Positions 1 to 9,076 are shown, counted from the first letter of the stretch. The stretch: 24,216 nucleotides of DNA from Candidatus Poribacteria bacterium (GCA_046582655.1 JAYGDX010000117.1:1-24216); one strand, 5' to 3'. The notes: generated by a model from the letters alone, not told the origin. A program made the numbers and translations.

Positions 1-1
1 A

Positions 2-307
2 GTAATTGAATATCAAGATCAAAATGATGAAGTTTTGGATTGGAGAAATAATAATAAAGATCGTGAAACTTTAATGAATTGGTGGAAGAATAATTGGCAA
101 TTAACAGAAAATTATTTGAATAAACCATGTCCTAGATGTGGTGATTCTATAGATGTATGTAATAAAAATCCAAGGACTAATCATTATGAACTTGTTATGG
201 ATGATACAGGAGAGATAATTGGTGAAACTGAAAGAATATTTAAAGATGAGAAAATAGGAGGTATAAAAGGTACTACCCCAACAATCTCGTACTTGGCTGT
301 ACCGTAA
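2..307 (+). CDS. 5'-partial hypothetical protein with a CPRCG (CxxC) motif, in an AT-rich segment
   Basis: The frame is open from position 2 (VIEYQDQNDEVLDWRNN...) to TAA at 305-307, so the gene begins outside the window. My hand count gives 67 G+C in the first 240 nt (about 28%), visibly lower than the downstream genes. Confidence 0.5.
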   Translation, partial: VIEYQDQNDEVLDWRNNNKDRETLMNWWKNNWQLTENYLNKPCPRCGDSIDVCNKNPRTNHYELVMDDTGEIIGETERIFKDEKIGGIKGTTPTISYLAVP

Positions 308-364
308 TTCCAAGTTTAAACTAGAGCAACAGCAAAAAGGATGTTGTTTTAGAAGATCCTCTGG

Positions 365-386
365 TCACTGGCGATATCGCCAGTGA
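365..386. repeat. Perfect 22-bp palindrome TCACTGGCGATATCGCCAGTGA
   Basis: The sequence equals its own reverse complement and lies in an intergenic region. Confidence 0.85.
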
Positions 387-415
387 GAAACACAGGGTCT
401 ATGCGTGCCGATAGG

Positions 416-450
416 GAATTAGATGATGAATTAGAAAAGATGAATTAGAA
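416..450 (+). repeat. Short direct repeats (GAATTAGA x3; GATGAATTAGAA x2)
   Basis: GAATTAGA occurs at 416, 428 and 442; GATGAATTAGAA occurs at 425-436 and 439-450. Confidence 0.6.
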
Positions 451-484
451 GCATGCAATACTTTCTCATAGTGGAAAAATAAAT

Positions 485-733
485 GTGATGTGTCTGGAAA
501 CTTCACGTAATATCGTGCCGTCAATTATGGTATTTGTGTTCTATGGCCTAGGATTTATACTTCTTATAAAAGCTGTCGAGAAAATTGACATTAGCACTGT
601 ATATGCTATCTGGTCAGGTTTGGGAATAGTAATGGTAAGTATCATAAGATTTCTTTATTTTAAAGAAACGGTAAATATTGTCAAAGTTGTTTGTATTGTT
701 TTAATTATTGTTGGGGTCGTTGGTTTGAGGTAG
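485..733 (+). pseudogene. SMR (small multidrug resistance, DMT superfamily) transporter, 5'-degraded
   Basis: It carries SMR motifs VPSI..FYGL, YAIWSGLG, FKE and LIIVGVVGL. It is only 82 aa and lacks TM1 with the essential membrane Glu (EmrE E14 equivalent). Confidence 0.7.
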
Positions 734-803
734 TTTGGCGTTTCCAATGGTGTTTCAAACTGAATTCACAACCATATTAATTTGAGCAGGTCAGGAGTGT
801 TTA

Positions 804-1988
804 ATGTCTGAGCGTAAAAAAATTGCGGCCATTATCACGGAATATCGTCCTCACTCTCATGCAGACGTAATCGTGACGAAATTCTTAAAAGGGTTTCCAA
901 CAGACGAAGGTTTAATCCCACCACGGGTAGATATTGCGTCGATGTACATTGATCAGTTACCTGAGAACGACATCGGTAGAGATCTCGCTGCTGAGCATAA
1001 TGTACCAATATATCCGAGTATCGTTAAAGCACTGACGCGGGGAGAAAACGAGCTGGCTGTTGATGGTGTCTTGCTGATTGGTGAACACGGCGACTACGCC
1101 TGGAACGAAAAAGAACAGCATTTGTACCCTCGTAAGTATTTCATGGAACAAATTTGTGGTGTTTTTGCCAAAAGCGAACGGGTAGTACCGGTATATAACG
1201 ATAAACATCTGTCCTACAACTGGCACGATGCAAAATGGATGTACGATCGGGCCAAAGAACTCGGGGTTCCATTCATGGCTGGGTCCTCTTTACCACTTGG
1301 CTGGCGAAATCCATCATTGGAGTATGAACTTGAATCTCCAGTTGAGGAAGCCTTGGCAATCGGTTTTTCAGGATTGGACATTTATGGTTTCCATACCCTA
1401 GAGACCCTCCAGTGTATGGTAGAACGAAGAACCGGTGGTGAAACAGGAGTTGCTGCTGTTTCCTGTTTGGAAGGTGATGCAGTATGGCAAGCGGCCAGAG
1501 ATGAAATCTGGCCGCGAGAACTTGCAGAAGCCGCCTGTGCCCCAATTGAAAACAAGCCTGAAGGTAGAATGGAAGATCATTGTCAACATCCATCACTTTT
1601 TATTGTCGAGTATAATGACGGATTAAAAGGATATGTATTGATGCTCAACGGTTACGTTACCGACTTGGCTTATGCTGGAATGGTAAGTGGCCAAATTCAG
1701 GGAACGGAATTCTATCTGCAGAATGGCAGCCCACATGCGCATTTCAGCTATCTTAGTCTGAACGTCGAAGAAATGTTTGTGACAAGTATTCCCACTTATC
1801 CTGTTGAACGTACACTACTGACATCAGGGGTATTGGAGGCTGCGTTGGATTCACGCTATCAGAACTACGTTCGCTTGGAAACCCCATATCTTGATGTCAC
1901 TTATCATTCCTACGCATCACTATGCTGGAGACCAACCGGTCAGAGACCAACTGGAGCCACACTTGATCCATGGCCGCCTGCCAACTAA
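804..1988 (+). CDS. Conserved hypothetical protein, probable divergent Gfo/Idh/MocA-like NAD(P)-dependent oxidoreductase
   Basis: 394-aa ORF with CAGGAG RBS. It has an N-terminal KIAAII beta strand, VDGVLLI, DKHL in place of EKP, and YGFHTLE. Confidence 0.65.
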   Translation: MSERKKIAAIITEYRPHSHADVIVTKFLKGFPTDEGLIPPRVDIASMYIDQLPENDIGRDLAAEHNVPIYPSIVKALTRGENELAVDGVLLIGEHGDYAWNEKEQHLYPRKYFMEQICGVFAKSERVVPVYNDKHLSYNWHDAKWMYDRAKELGVPFMAGSSLPLGWRNPSLEYELESPVEEALAIGFSGLDIYGFHTLETLQCMVERRTGGETGVAAVSCLEGDAVWQAARDEIWPRELAEAACAPIENKPEGRMEDHCQHPSLFIVEYNDGLKGYVLMLNGYVTDLAYAGMVSGQIQGTEFYLQNGSPHAHFSYLSLNVEEMFVTSIPTYPVERTLLTSGVLEAALDSRYQNYVRLETPYLDVTYHSYASLCWRPTGQRPTGATLDPWPPAN

Positions 1989-2043
1989 TTGTGACAATAC
2001 AGTTCAAATTACGGAGAATGAGCAGTATAATTAGGATAGGCCA

Positions 2044-3514
2044 ATGTATACAGCTCGTAAAGCAGCCGCACACCGCCAGCGCCGCCTGATCCTTGATGAT
2101 GATGGAGATTTGGTTTATGATAAACGAACTCAGGATGGCCCAGAATCATTTTGCCAACTTCGTTTGAAGGATTGCCTAGAGGCTTCGGTTGATAGCATCG
2201 TTTGGTGTGTTATCTGGGGCATAACTCAGGGAAGTCCAGGGTCTGTACGCTACTGGCAAACTCAAATGAGAGATATACCTTTCCAACCTAATATGCCGGA
2301 TCCAACGCCAGTAATAATTGAGTTCTGTCAGCAACATAAAATCGAAATTTTTGGTTCTATTCGCATGAACGATTGCCACGATGCCTACGGCATGCCGTTT
2401 GACAAATTGGTCTATCCATTAAAGGTGGAATATCCGGGAATTCTTATTGGGGATGGCAGTCAGCGAGGGGCGGTAGAAAGTGGGCTAGAGGCTGCTATGT
2501 GGTCGGGGCTGGATTTTAGACCGAGTACGGGAGGATAGACTCTGGTGGATTAAGCACACTGCAACTGCCTACGATTTGGATGGTGTCGATCTTAACTTTT
2601 TTCGAATGCCCTGACTCTTTAAAATCGGTCAAGAATCTACTCATCTAATGACAGATTTGATTCGTCAAGCGCGGCAGTGCATAAACGGAATCAGTTAGCA
2701 ACGGGAACGACCAATTTTGTTAGGTGTCCGGGTTCCCGGCACAGTTGAAACCTGTCTACGAATTGGACTTGATATTGAAACTTGGCTCAAAGAGGACCTA
2801 ATCGATCGACTACTCACTGGTGGTGGATACGTCGCTTTTTCAACCCTAGCAGAAGAACTAGTCAATCTAGGTCATCGCTACGAAGTACCCGTTTATCCTT
2901 GTATCAACTGCCCTGGAGCTTACAGTCTGGGCAATGAGTTTGGTATTGAAGCATTATGAGGTGCCGCTTCCAATATGTGATGGTCGGGTGCCGATGGTCT
3001 GTACTTATAGAATTATCATTATTTGCCGACGCCGCACATCACCTACGGGCAACCGTTTCCGAGTGAGTATCGCCATTTATTGGACATTGCCGAACCAAAG
3101 AAACTACAGTATCTGGATAAGGTTTTCGCCGTCAATACACAAATTTGGGAACAGTATGCGCGTGCCAGTGCTCGGTGTCCGTTACCTGTTGTATTAAATG
3201 GAGAGCAACACCAGATCCAGATCCGAATTGGTGATGATGTTCCTTCAGCCGCAGGAAGTGAGAGATTACAAGATATAACGCTGAAACTTAAGCTGACAGG
3301 ATTGAATGCGAACGATTTATATCATATCATTTTTAACGGCATGAACATTAATGCCAGAGGCATTCAGTTGAAAAATTATGTTTGGGTTAATCAAAAACTT
3401 AACCCAAACATAATTAAACATGGAAATAACGAATTAAAGATTGCGGTGATTCAACATGACACAAGAAGCTCTCCAGTTTTGGAAGAAGTGATGTTGCATG
3501 TTCGCTACAACTGA
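2044..3514 (+). pseudogene. Family-10-like glycoside hydrolase (GHL10/DUF187-type TIM barrel) pseudogene
   Basis: Motifs include LILDDDGD, SIRMNDCHD, YDLDGVDLNFFR, GLDIETW and GADGLYL. There is one frameshift near 2520, then a single frame to 3514 interrupted by stops at 2612, 2696, 2957, 2978 and 3008. Confidence 0.8.
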
Positions 3515-3587
3515 TAACCTCGTTATACCAAAGTTAGCTAAAATTTCTTATTCAGATGATATCATAATAAAATAGGAGGAACATATA

Positions 3588-4598
3588 ATGCCGCAGGATG
3601 AAGCAGAGATCGCGCAACTAGATTTAGCCGAACTGAAAGAGACAACGCTTGATCAATGGCTCAACGTTTATCGGCAAATGCTGAAGATCCGCCTCTTTGA
3701 GGAAAAAACTAATGAACTGTATACCAGCGCTAAAATGCCTGGTTTAGCACATTTGTATATCGGTGAAGAAGCCATCGCAGTCGGGGTCTGTGAGGCGTTA
3801 CGTCAGGACGATTACATCACCAGCACGCATCGTGGTCATGGCCACTGTTTAGCCAAAGGCGCGAAATTGGATATGATGTTCTCTGAACTGCTGGGAAAAG
3901 TCGACGGATACTGTCGTGGTAAAGGAGGATCAATGCATATTGCTGATCAAGATACAGGAAATCTGGGTGCTAACGGTATTGTTGGTGGTAGTGTCGGCAT
4001 CGCCACGGGAGCGGCACTGTCGATTAAAATGCGTGATACTAACCAAGTAGCTGTTTGCTTTTTCGGTGATGGTGCGCTTGGGCAAGGCTTATTTTATGAG
4101 TCGATGAACATGGCTCAGTTATGGCAGTTGCCTGTGATTTACGTTTGCGAGAACAACCTCTATGGCGAATACACTCCAACTTCAAAATCCACCTCCGGAA
4201 ACCGTCTGGCCAGGGCAGAAGCATTCGGTATGCATAATGTTGAGATCGATGGTCAGGACGTTCGCCTTGTTTATCAAACCGCACAACGATTAGTTGAACG
4301 TGCCCGTGCTGGCGAGGGGCCCGCTTTTCTCCTCTGCCGTACCTACCGTTTTCGAGGCCATCATGTAGGAGATATAGATCGTCCTTATCGGTCACGTGAA
4401 GAAGAAAACAAGTGGCAAACAGAAAATGACCCTCTACAAATCTTATCCGATTGGTTAATCACCGACAAGATGGCCGAGGAGAGTTTATTTAGTCAGATTG
4501 AGGACGAAGTTCGTTCTGACGTTGAAGCAGCAGTTACTTTTGCTCTCAACGCATCTTATCCAGACGAAATGGAGGTGGATGCACATGTCTACGCTTGA
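3588..4598 (+). CDS. TPP-dependent dehydrogenase E1 component alpha subunit (AcoA/PdhA-like)
   Basis: Motifs HLYIGEEA, STHRGHGH, GKGGSMH, TPP-binding GDGA...ENN and TYRFRGHH; AGGGAG RBS. Confidence 0.93.
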   Translation: MPQDEAEIAQLDLAELKETTLDQWLNVYRQMLKIRLFEEKTNELYTSAKMPGLAHLYIGEEAIAVGVCEALRQDDYITSTHRGHGHCLAKGAKLDMMFSELLGKVDGYCRGKGGSMHIADQDTGNLGANGIVGGSVGIATGAALSIKMRDTNQVAVCFFGDGALGQGLFYESMNMAQLWQLPVIYVCENNLYGEYTPTSKSTSGNRLARAEAFGMHNVEIDGQDVRLVYQTAQRLVERARAGEGPAFLLCRTYRFRGHHVGDIDRPYRSREEENKWQTENDPLQILSDWLITDKMAEESLFSQIEDEVRSDVEAAVTFALNASYPDEMEVDAHVYA

Positions 4599-5583
4599 AA
4601 ACAGTCGCGAGATCACTTTTGGTGAAGCGATAAAAGAAGCTCTGATAGAAGAGATGCATCGTGATTCTCACGTTTTTATAATCGGTGAGGATGTAGCTGA
4701 AGCGGGTACGGTCTTCAAGGTTCTTACTGGTTTACTGGATGAATTCGGACCGGATCGTGTGATTGACTCACCTATATCAGAGGCAGGTATTACTGGTATT
4801 GGGGTTGGTGCCGCTATAACAGGAATGCGTCCAGTAGTTGATATCATGTTCGGAGACTTCACCACCTTGGCCATGGATCAGATGGTTAATCAAGCTGCCA
4901 AAACTCATTATATGTCTGGTGGGAAATTACGGGTTCCGATAGTGATCAGGACAACCATGGGGGCAGGACGCCGTTCCGCTGCGCAGCATTCACAGTCGCT
5001 ACATGCTTGGTATAGTCACATACCTGGTCTTAAGGTCGCCATACCATCAACACCATATGATGCCAAAGGCTTAATGAAAACAGCTATTCGAGAAGATAAT
5101 CCGGTAGTTATCGTCGAAGACAAAATGATGTATAGTCTTAAAGGAATTGTCCCAGATGAAGAGTACACTATCCCTCTGGGAGTAGCCGATGTCAAGCAGG
5201 TTGGAGAAGATATTACACTTGTAGCCACCAGTCAGATGGTTCACTTGGCTTTGGAAGCGAGCCAGAAATTAGCTGAATTAGATATTAGTGCCGAAGTGGT
5301 TGATCCACGCACAACTTCCCCTTTGGACAAACAGACTTTAATTGAATCCGTCAAGAAAACCAGCCGGGCTATTGTTATTGATCAAGGGTATCAGCGCTAT
5401 GGCATCACTGGGGAAATTGCTTCTGTAATAGCCGATGGTGCTTTTTATTATTTGGACGCTCCTGTCAAGCGAATAGGTGCTATGAATGTACCCATTCCAT
5501 TTTCACCTGTTCTGGAAGATTTAACCATCCCAAGTGTCCCCGATATAGTTGAGATGGCCAAAACGCTGTGCGGGCGATACTGA
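4585..5583 (+). CDS. TPP-dependent dehydrogenase E1 component beta subunit (AcoB/PdhB-like)
   Basis: Motifs GEDV, DSPISEAG, GMRPVV, AQHSQS and EVVDPRT. I placed the start at ATG 4585, which follows GGAGG (4571-4575) and overlaps the alpha-subunit end. Confidence 0.93.
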   Translation: MSTLENSREITFGEAIKEALIEEMHRDSHVFIIGEDVAEAGTVFKVLTGLLDEFGPDRVIDSPISEAGITGIGVGAAITGMRPVVDIMFGDFTTLAMDQMVNQAAKTHYMSGGKLRVPIVIRTTMGAGRRSAAQHSQSLHAWYSHIPGLKVAIPSTPYDAKGLMKTAIREDNPVVIVEDKMMYSLKGIVPDEEYTIPLGVADVKQVGEDITLVATSQMVHLALEASQKLAELDISAEVVDPRTTSPLDKQTLIESVKKTSRAIVIDQGYQRYGITGEIASVIADGAFYYLDAPVKRIGAMNVPIPFSPVLEDLTIPSVPDIVEMAKTLCGRY

Positions 5584-5645
5584 TTCCCTAAACTGAATCA
5601 AATTTAGATGGCTGCCATCAGATCGGGCAATAGAGTTACTTAAAA

Positions 5646-5709
5646 GTAGGCCGGAGTGCAGCTGCGTTCCTGATTGGTTTCCCTTGTGTGTTATGGGAAC
5701 CCAATCTAC
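5646..5709. repeat. REP-like imperfect hairpin element bounded by GTAG...CTAC
   Basis: GTAG at 5646 and CTAC at 5706-5709. The stem GATTGGTTTCCC (5672-5683) pairs with GGGAACCCAATC (5695-5706) with one mismatch. Confidence 0.45.
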
Positions 5710-5826
5710 AAATCAACTGGGAAAACTCTTTGCTTCACCCTCTCAGTTTTTGTACTGTAGGAACGAAGCCTGAAAGGAATATTTATTGATCATAGACCTT
5801 GATAAGCAAGAAGGAGTTAACCGGCT

Positions 5827-5943
5827 ATGAAATGGAATGCTTGGTTGGGATTTGGATTATTTATTGTTGTTGTATTACTACTCAACTCGATACTTTATTA
5901 CATGGTTAGGAAAATAATGCAAATTGCTCAATCGTTGTTTTAA
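5827..5943 (+). CDS. Putative 38-aa single-pass membrane protein (not in the ORF track)
   Basis: AAGGAG at 5811-5816. Translation is MKWNAWLGFGLFIVVVLLLNSILYYMVRKIMQIAQSLF*, a hydrophobic helix followed by RK. Confidence 0.5.
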   Translation: MKWNAWLGFGLFIVVVLLLNSILYYMVRKIMQIAQSLF

Positions 5944-6010
5944 TGGTTCTAGTTTACCTGCTTATTTGATCAATAACGGTTGCCGGTTAGTTAGAAAAGG
6001 ATTTGTATTG

Positions 6011-7150
6011 ATGAGATTTATATACCTAGGTTTAGTGGTTGTACTGGTATTTGTCCTTGTTGGATGCAATTCAGATACAAAGAATTCTGACATTTTGTGG
6101 TTTGAAGAAGCGACTAGTTTTCTTGAAGGATTAGCGCTGGTGAAAGTAGACGGCAAATATGGATACCTTGCCGCCGATGGAAAATATATAATAGAACCTC
6201 GTTTTGAGGATGCCTCTCCCTTTGCTGAAGGCTTAGCTGGTGTGAAGGTAAAAAATAAATGGGGGTTCATCGATAAAACCGGGAAGATCGTTATCACGCC
6301 TAGACATGATCGGGTATTTTCTTTTGCCGAGGGTTCAGCCTGTGTCAGTGTGGGTGGAAAGTGGGGATTCATTGACAAAACCGGAAAGATGATAATCCAA
6401 CCTCAGTTTGATAATGCGTTTCCTTTCTCGGAAAACTTGGCCCCGATAACGGTTGGAAATTGGCAAACGGGCAAATGGGGATTTATTGACGAGACTGGAA
6501 AGCACGTGGTTCAACCTCAATACGATGACGCTTCCCCCTTTTCAGATGGCTTAGCCTGTATCAGAATCGGAGATTGGCAAACTGGTAAAAGTGGGTATAT
6601 AGATGCAAAAGGAAAAATGGTGATTCAACCTCAGTTTGAGTTTGGGTTTGCCTTCACTGACGGTTTTGCCAAGATCCGATCAGAAGGAAAATATGGATTT
6701 ATCAATAAAACTGGAGAGATAATCATCCCCCCTCAATTTGATAGTACCGGTGCATTTGAAGAAGGATACACCAGTATAGAAAAGAATGGAAAATATGGAT
6801 TTATCGATCAAACTGGAGCGGTAATCATTCAAACCCAGTTTGATGAAGTGAGTTCATTTCAGGAAGGGCTAGCCGGTGTGATGTCAAAGGGCAGATGGGG
6901 GTTTATCAACACCAACGGTGAAATGATTATTAAACCGAAGTTCGATTGGGTTGGAGCATTCCGACAAGGTATAGCAAACGTAAAGTCAAAAGACAAATGC
7001 GGATTTATCAACACCAACGGTAAAATGATTATTAAACCCCGATTTGATGAAGTGCTTGGATTTTCCTGTATAGGGCTGGCAGCAGTAAAAGTCAGTAATA
7101 AATGGGCGTATATCAATAAAGATGGGGAGTTTTTGAAACGTTCCAAATAG
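6011..7150 (+). CDS. WG-repeat (KWG-type) lipoprotein
   Basis: About ten ~34-38-aa repeats of the form FxEGLA.V....KWGFIDK.G...I.P.FD. From ATG 6011 there is a signal peptide with lipobox LVG-C (Cys19). Confidence 0.9.
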   Translation: MRFIYLGLVVVLVFVLVGCNSDTKNSDILWFEEATSFLEGLALVKVDGKYGYLAADGKYIIEPRFEDASPFAEGLAGVKVKNKWGFIDKTGKIVITPRHDRVFSFAEGSACVSVGGKWGFIDKTGKMIIQPQFDNAFPFSENLAPITVGNWQTGKWGFIDETGKHVVQPQYDDASPFSDGLACIRIGDWQTGKSGYIDAKGKMVIQPQFEFGFAFTDGFAKIRSEGKYGFINKTGEIIIPPQFDSTGAFEEGYTSIEKNGKYGFIDQTGAVIIQTQFDEVSSFQEGLAGVMSKGRWGFINTNGEMIIKPKFDWVGAFRQGIANVKSKDKCGFINTNGKMIIKPRFDEVLGFSCIGLAAVKVSNKWAYINKDGEFLKRSK

Positions 7151-7265
7151 TGATAATTTTGATTGCAATCATCAGACTTAAGTTGGAAATTTGGGGAATT
7201 TGTGGTCTGCGAACAAAAACTGGTTTGAACCATAATGATCTTAGTGGCTTACAAGGGGTAAAAAA

Positions 7266-8162
7266 ATGGAAGCAAATTTAAGAGATAATCGGTCTGAAAG
7301 TTCTGGATGGCTGACATCTCAACAGGTTGAGCAGTTCAAAGATGATGGATTATTAATTATCCGTGGTCTTTTGCCTTCTGGAGCAATGCAACCATTAATT
7401 GATGAAATGACGCAGAAAGTAGATATGGCAATAGACGAAGCGGTCAAATTGGGATTGCTGGATCGAAAATTTGAAGATGCGTCTTTTTCAACTCGCTTAG
7501 CGCTCGCGGAGGATGCGGGTTCGGATCATGGTTGGTTGTGGCAGAGTTATTTTCGCGATCAGAAGCCCAGATCGAATGGTATGTTTATCCTCAGAAGCTT
7601 TCCGATTCTGCTGAACACCGTAGAATCGCTAATCGGGCCTGAAATTTTGGCGCATCCGCAATTTAATATCCGTGCTAAGATGCCTGACCAGCAGATCACC
7701 GTTATTCCTTGGCATCAAGACTTGGCTTATTTAGTGCCAGAAGAAGCTGGAGAGACACTGGTTGTGAACCTTTGGATTCCACTGGTTACAGCCCATGCTA
7801 AAAACGGGTGCATGCAGTTGCTACGTGGGTCACATCATTTGGGACTACTGCCGCATGACTATCGAGATCAAACGCCAGGCCACACAGGATCAAAAGGAAT
7901 TGTCGAAACAGATCTCCCTGATTACGAAATTGTGACGGCTGAATTGGATATTGGGGATGTTTTGGCAACCACAGAACGACTTATTCACCGAGGGATACCT
8001 AATAGATCGAAGAATACCGTCAGGTGGAGTGTAGATACACGCTACAGCCAGATTGGTCTACCAACAGGCCGGGAGAATGTACCTGGCTTCGTGGCGCGAA
8101 GTCATAACCAACCTGAAAGTGTCGCAAAAACTTATCGCGACTGGAATCGATTATTTTTATGA
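7266..8162 (+). CDS. Phytanoyl-CoA dioxygenase (PhyH) family Fe(II)/2-oxoglutarate oxygenase
   Basis: Motifs LTxxQVEQFxxDG, PWHQD (HxD), NLWIPL, NGCM..RGSH, distal HR and RWS. Confidence 0.9.
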   Translation: MEANLRDNRSESSGWLTSQQVEQFKDDGLLIIRGLLPSGAMQPLIDEMTQKVDMAIDEAVKLGLLDRKFEDASFSTRLALAEDAGSDHGWLWQSYFRDQKPRSNGMFILRSFPILLNTVESLIGPEILAHPQFNIRAKMPDQQITVIPWHQDLAYLVPEEAGETLVVNLWIPLVTAHAKNGCMQLLRGSHHLGLLPHDYRDQTPGHTGSKGIVETDLPDYEIVTAELDIGDVLATTERLIHRGIPNRSKNTVRWSVDTRYSQIGLPTGRENVPGFVARSHNQPESVAKTYRDWNRLFL

Positions 8163-8264
8163 TGTCCGCACGGTTACCTAATAGATCAAATGTTTAACGT
8201 CTATGATCTTGCAGTTTTGATTCGTAGAATTTATTCGAACAATAAAATACGGAGATAAAGGCTA

Positions 8265-9053
8265 ATGAATGAAGATGAAAAGTATCTCTTTGATTTGATG
8301 GGTTATGTGATCATTCCAGATGCCCTGACTGACACAGAGGTCAAAACATGCAATCAGGCAATTGATCATCATACTGAGCTGTTGCGGGAAAGGCAAGATT
8401 CACTAGCAGGTGGTTCAGAAGCATTAGCCGGAACGTCCCACCGCAAGGATATAGGAGGGATGTTATCTTGGGATCGTCCTTGGTGTGAACTTTTTCGGCA
8501 GTTATTGGTTCATCCTAAAGTTTCGCCGTATCTGGACGCTATCTTGGGAGAGTGTTATCGTCTTGACCATGGCCCAGGTTTAATTGCTATGGATGAGGGT
8601 ACAGAAGGGGGAACTCTACATGGTGGTGGAGTCGAACGCCCCAACTTTTCGGAGGCTTACTTTTTTAAAGATGGACGTATCTACTGTGGACTAACTGTGG
8701 TGGAATTTATGCTGGCTGACGAAGGACCGGGGGATGGTGGGCTGGGGCTTATACCAGGAAGTCATAAGGCCAATCTCTCTTGCCCACGTGTCATGAAATT
8801 ATACCAAGAATATCAACAGTACGTGATTGAGGTACATGCTAAAGCAGGAGATGCGGTAGTCTTTACCGAAACACTAACCCATGGAACATTACCCTGGAAA
8901 GCAAAACACCAGCGACGAGCATTATTATATAAATTTAGTCCAGGATTCCAAGCCTACAGCCAAGGTGCCCATCAAGTGACCTACCCCGATTATATTGAGG
9001 ATATGACCCCGGAAGAACGGGCGGTAATGGAAGCACCACATATCCGGCGTTAA
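8265..9053 (+). CDS. PhyH-family Fe(II)/2OG enzyme with HxG in place of HxD/E
   Basis: Motifs YLFDLMGY, LHGGG (H119-x-G121), GGL.LIPGSHK, AGDAVVF, distal H206 (THGTLPW) and RR..LY. Confidence 0.85.
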   Translation: MNEDEKYLFDLMGYVIIPDALTDTEVKTCNQAIDHHTELLRERQDSLAGGSEALAGTSHRKDIGGMLSWDRPWCELFRQLLVHPKVSPYLDAILGECYRLDHGPGLIAMDEGTEGGTLHGGGVERPNFSEAYFFKDGRIYCGLTVVEFMLADEGPGDGGLGLIPGSHKANLSCPRVMKLYQEYQQYVIEVHAKAGDAVVFTETLTHGTLPWKAKHQRRALLYKFSPGFQAYSQGAHQVTYPDYIEDMTPEERAVMEAPHIRR

Positions 9054-9076
9054 ACACTATTATGGAAGGATTGAAC

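Noticed and set aside
310..484. Guanidine riboswitch upstream of the SMR gene
   Set aside because: I see no paired ACGR-loop hairpins or ykkC-type motifs, and the SMR resembles the EmrE/Qac type rather than Gdx.
2612..3010. Stop-codon reassignment or readthrough (TGA/TAG = Trp) to explain the in-frame stops
   Set aside because: Both TGA and TAG occur at apparent Trp, Arg and Gln positions, the gene also has a frameshift, and intact genes in the window end normally at TGA and TAG.
4498..4584. ORF-track N-terminal extension of E1 beta
   Set aside because: It overlaps the alpha gene extensively; ATG 4585 has a GGAGG RBS and gives a normal N-terminus.
5924..6010. ORF-track N-terminal extension of the WG-repeat protein
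   Set aside because: ATG 6011 yields a proper lipoprotein signal peptide, and the TTG extension overlaps the small upstream ORF.
6100..7130. CRISPR array suggested by periodic repeats
   Set aside because: The periodicity is in-frame protein repeats of the WG gene; there are no identical repeats with unique spacers and no cas genes.
7996..8187. 13-bp direct repeat TACCTAATAGATC at 7996 and 8175
   Set aside because: It is a single short match with no element-like content between the copies, compatible with chance.
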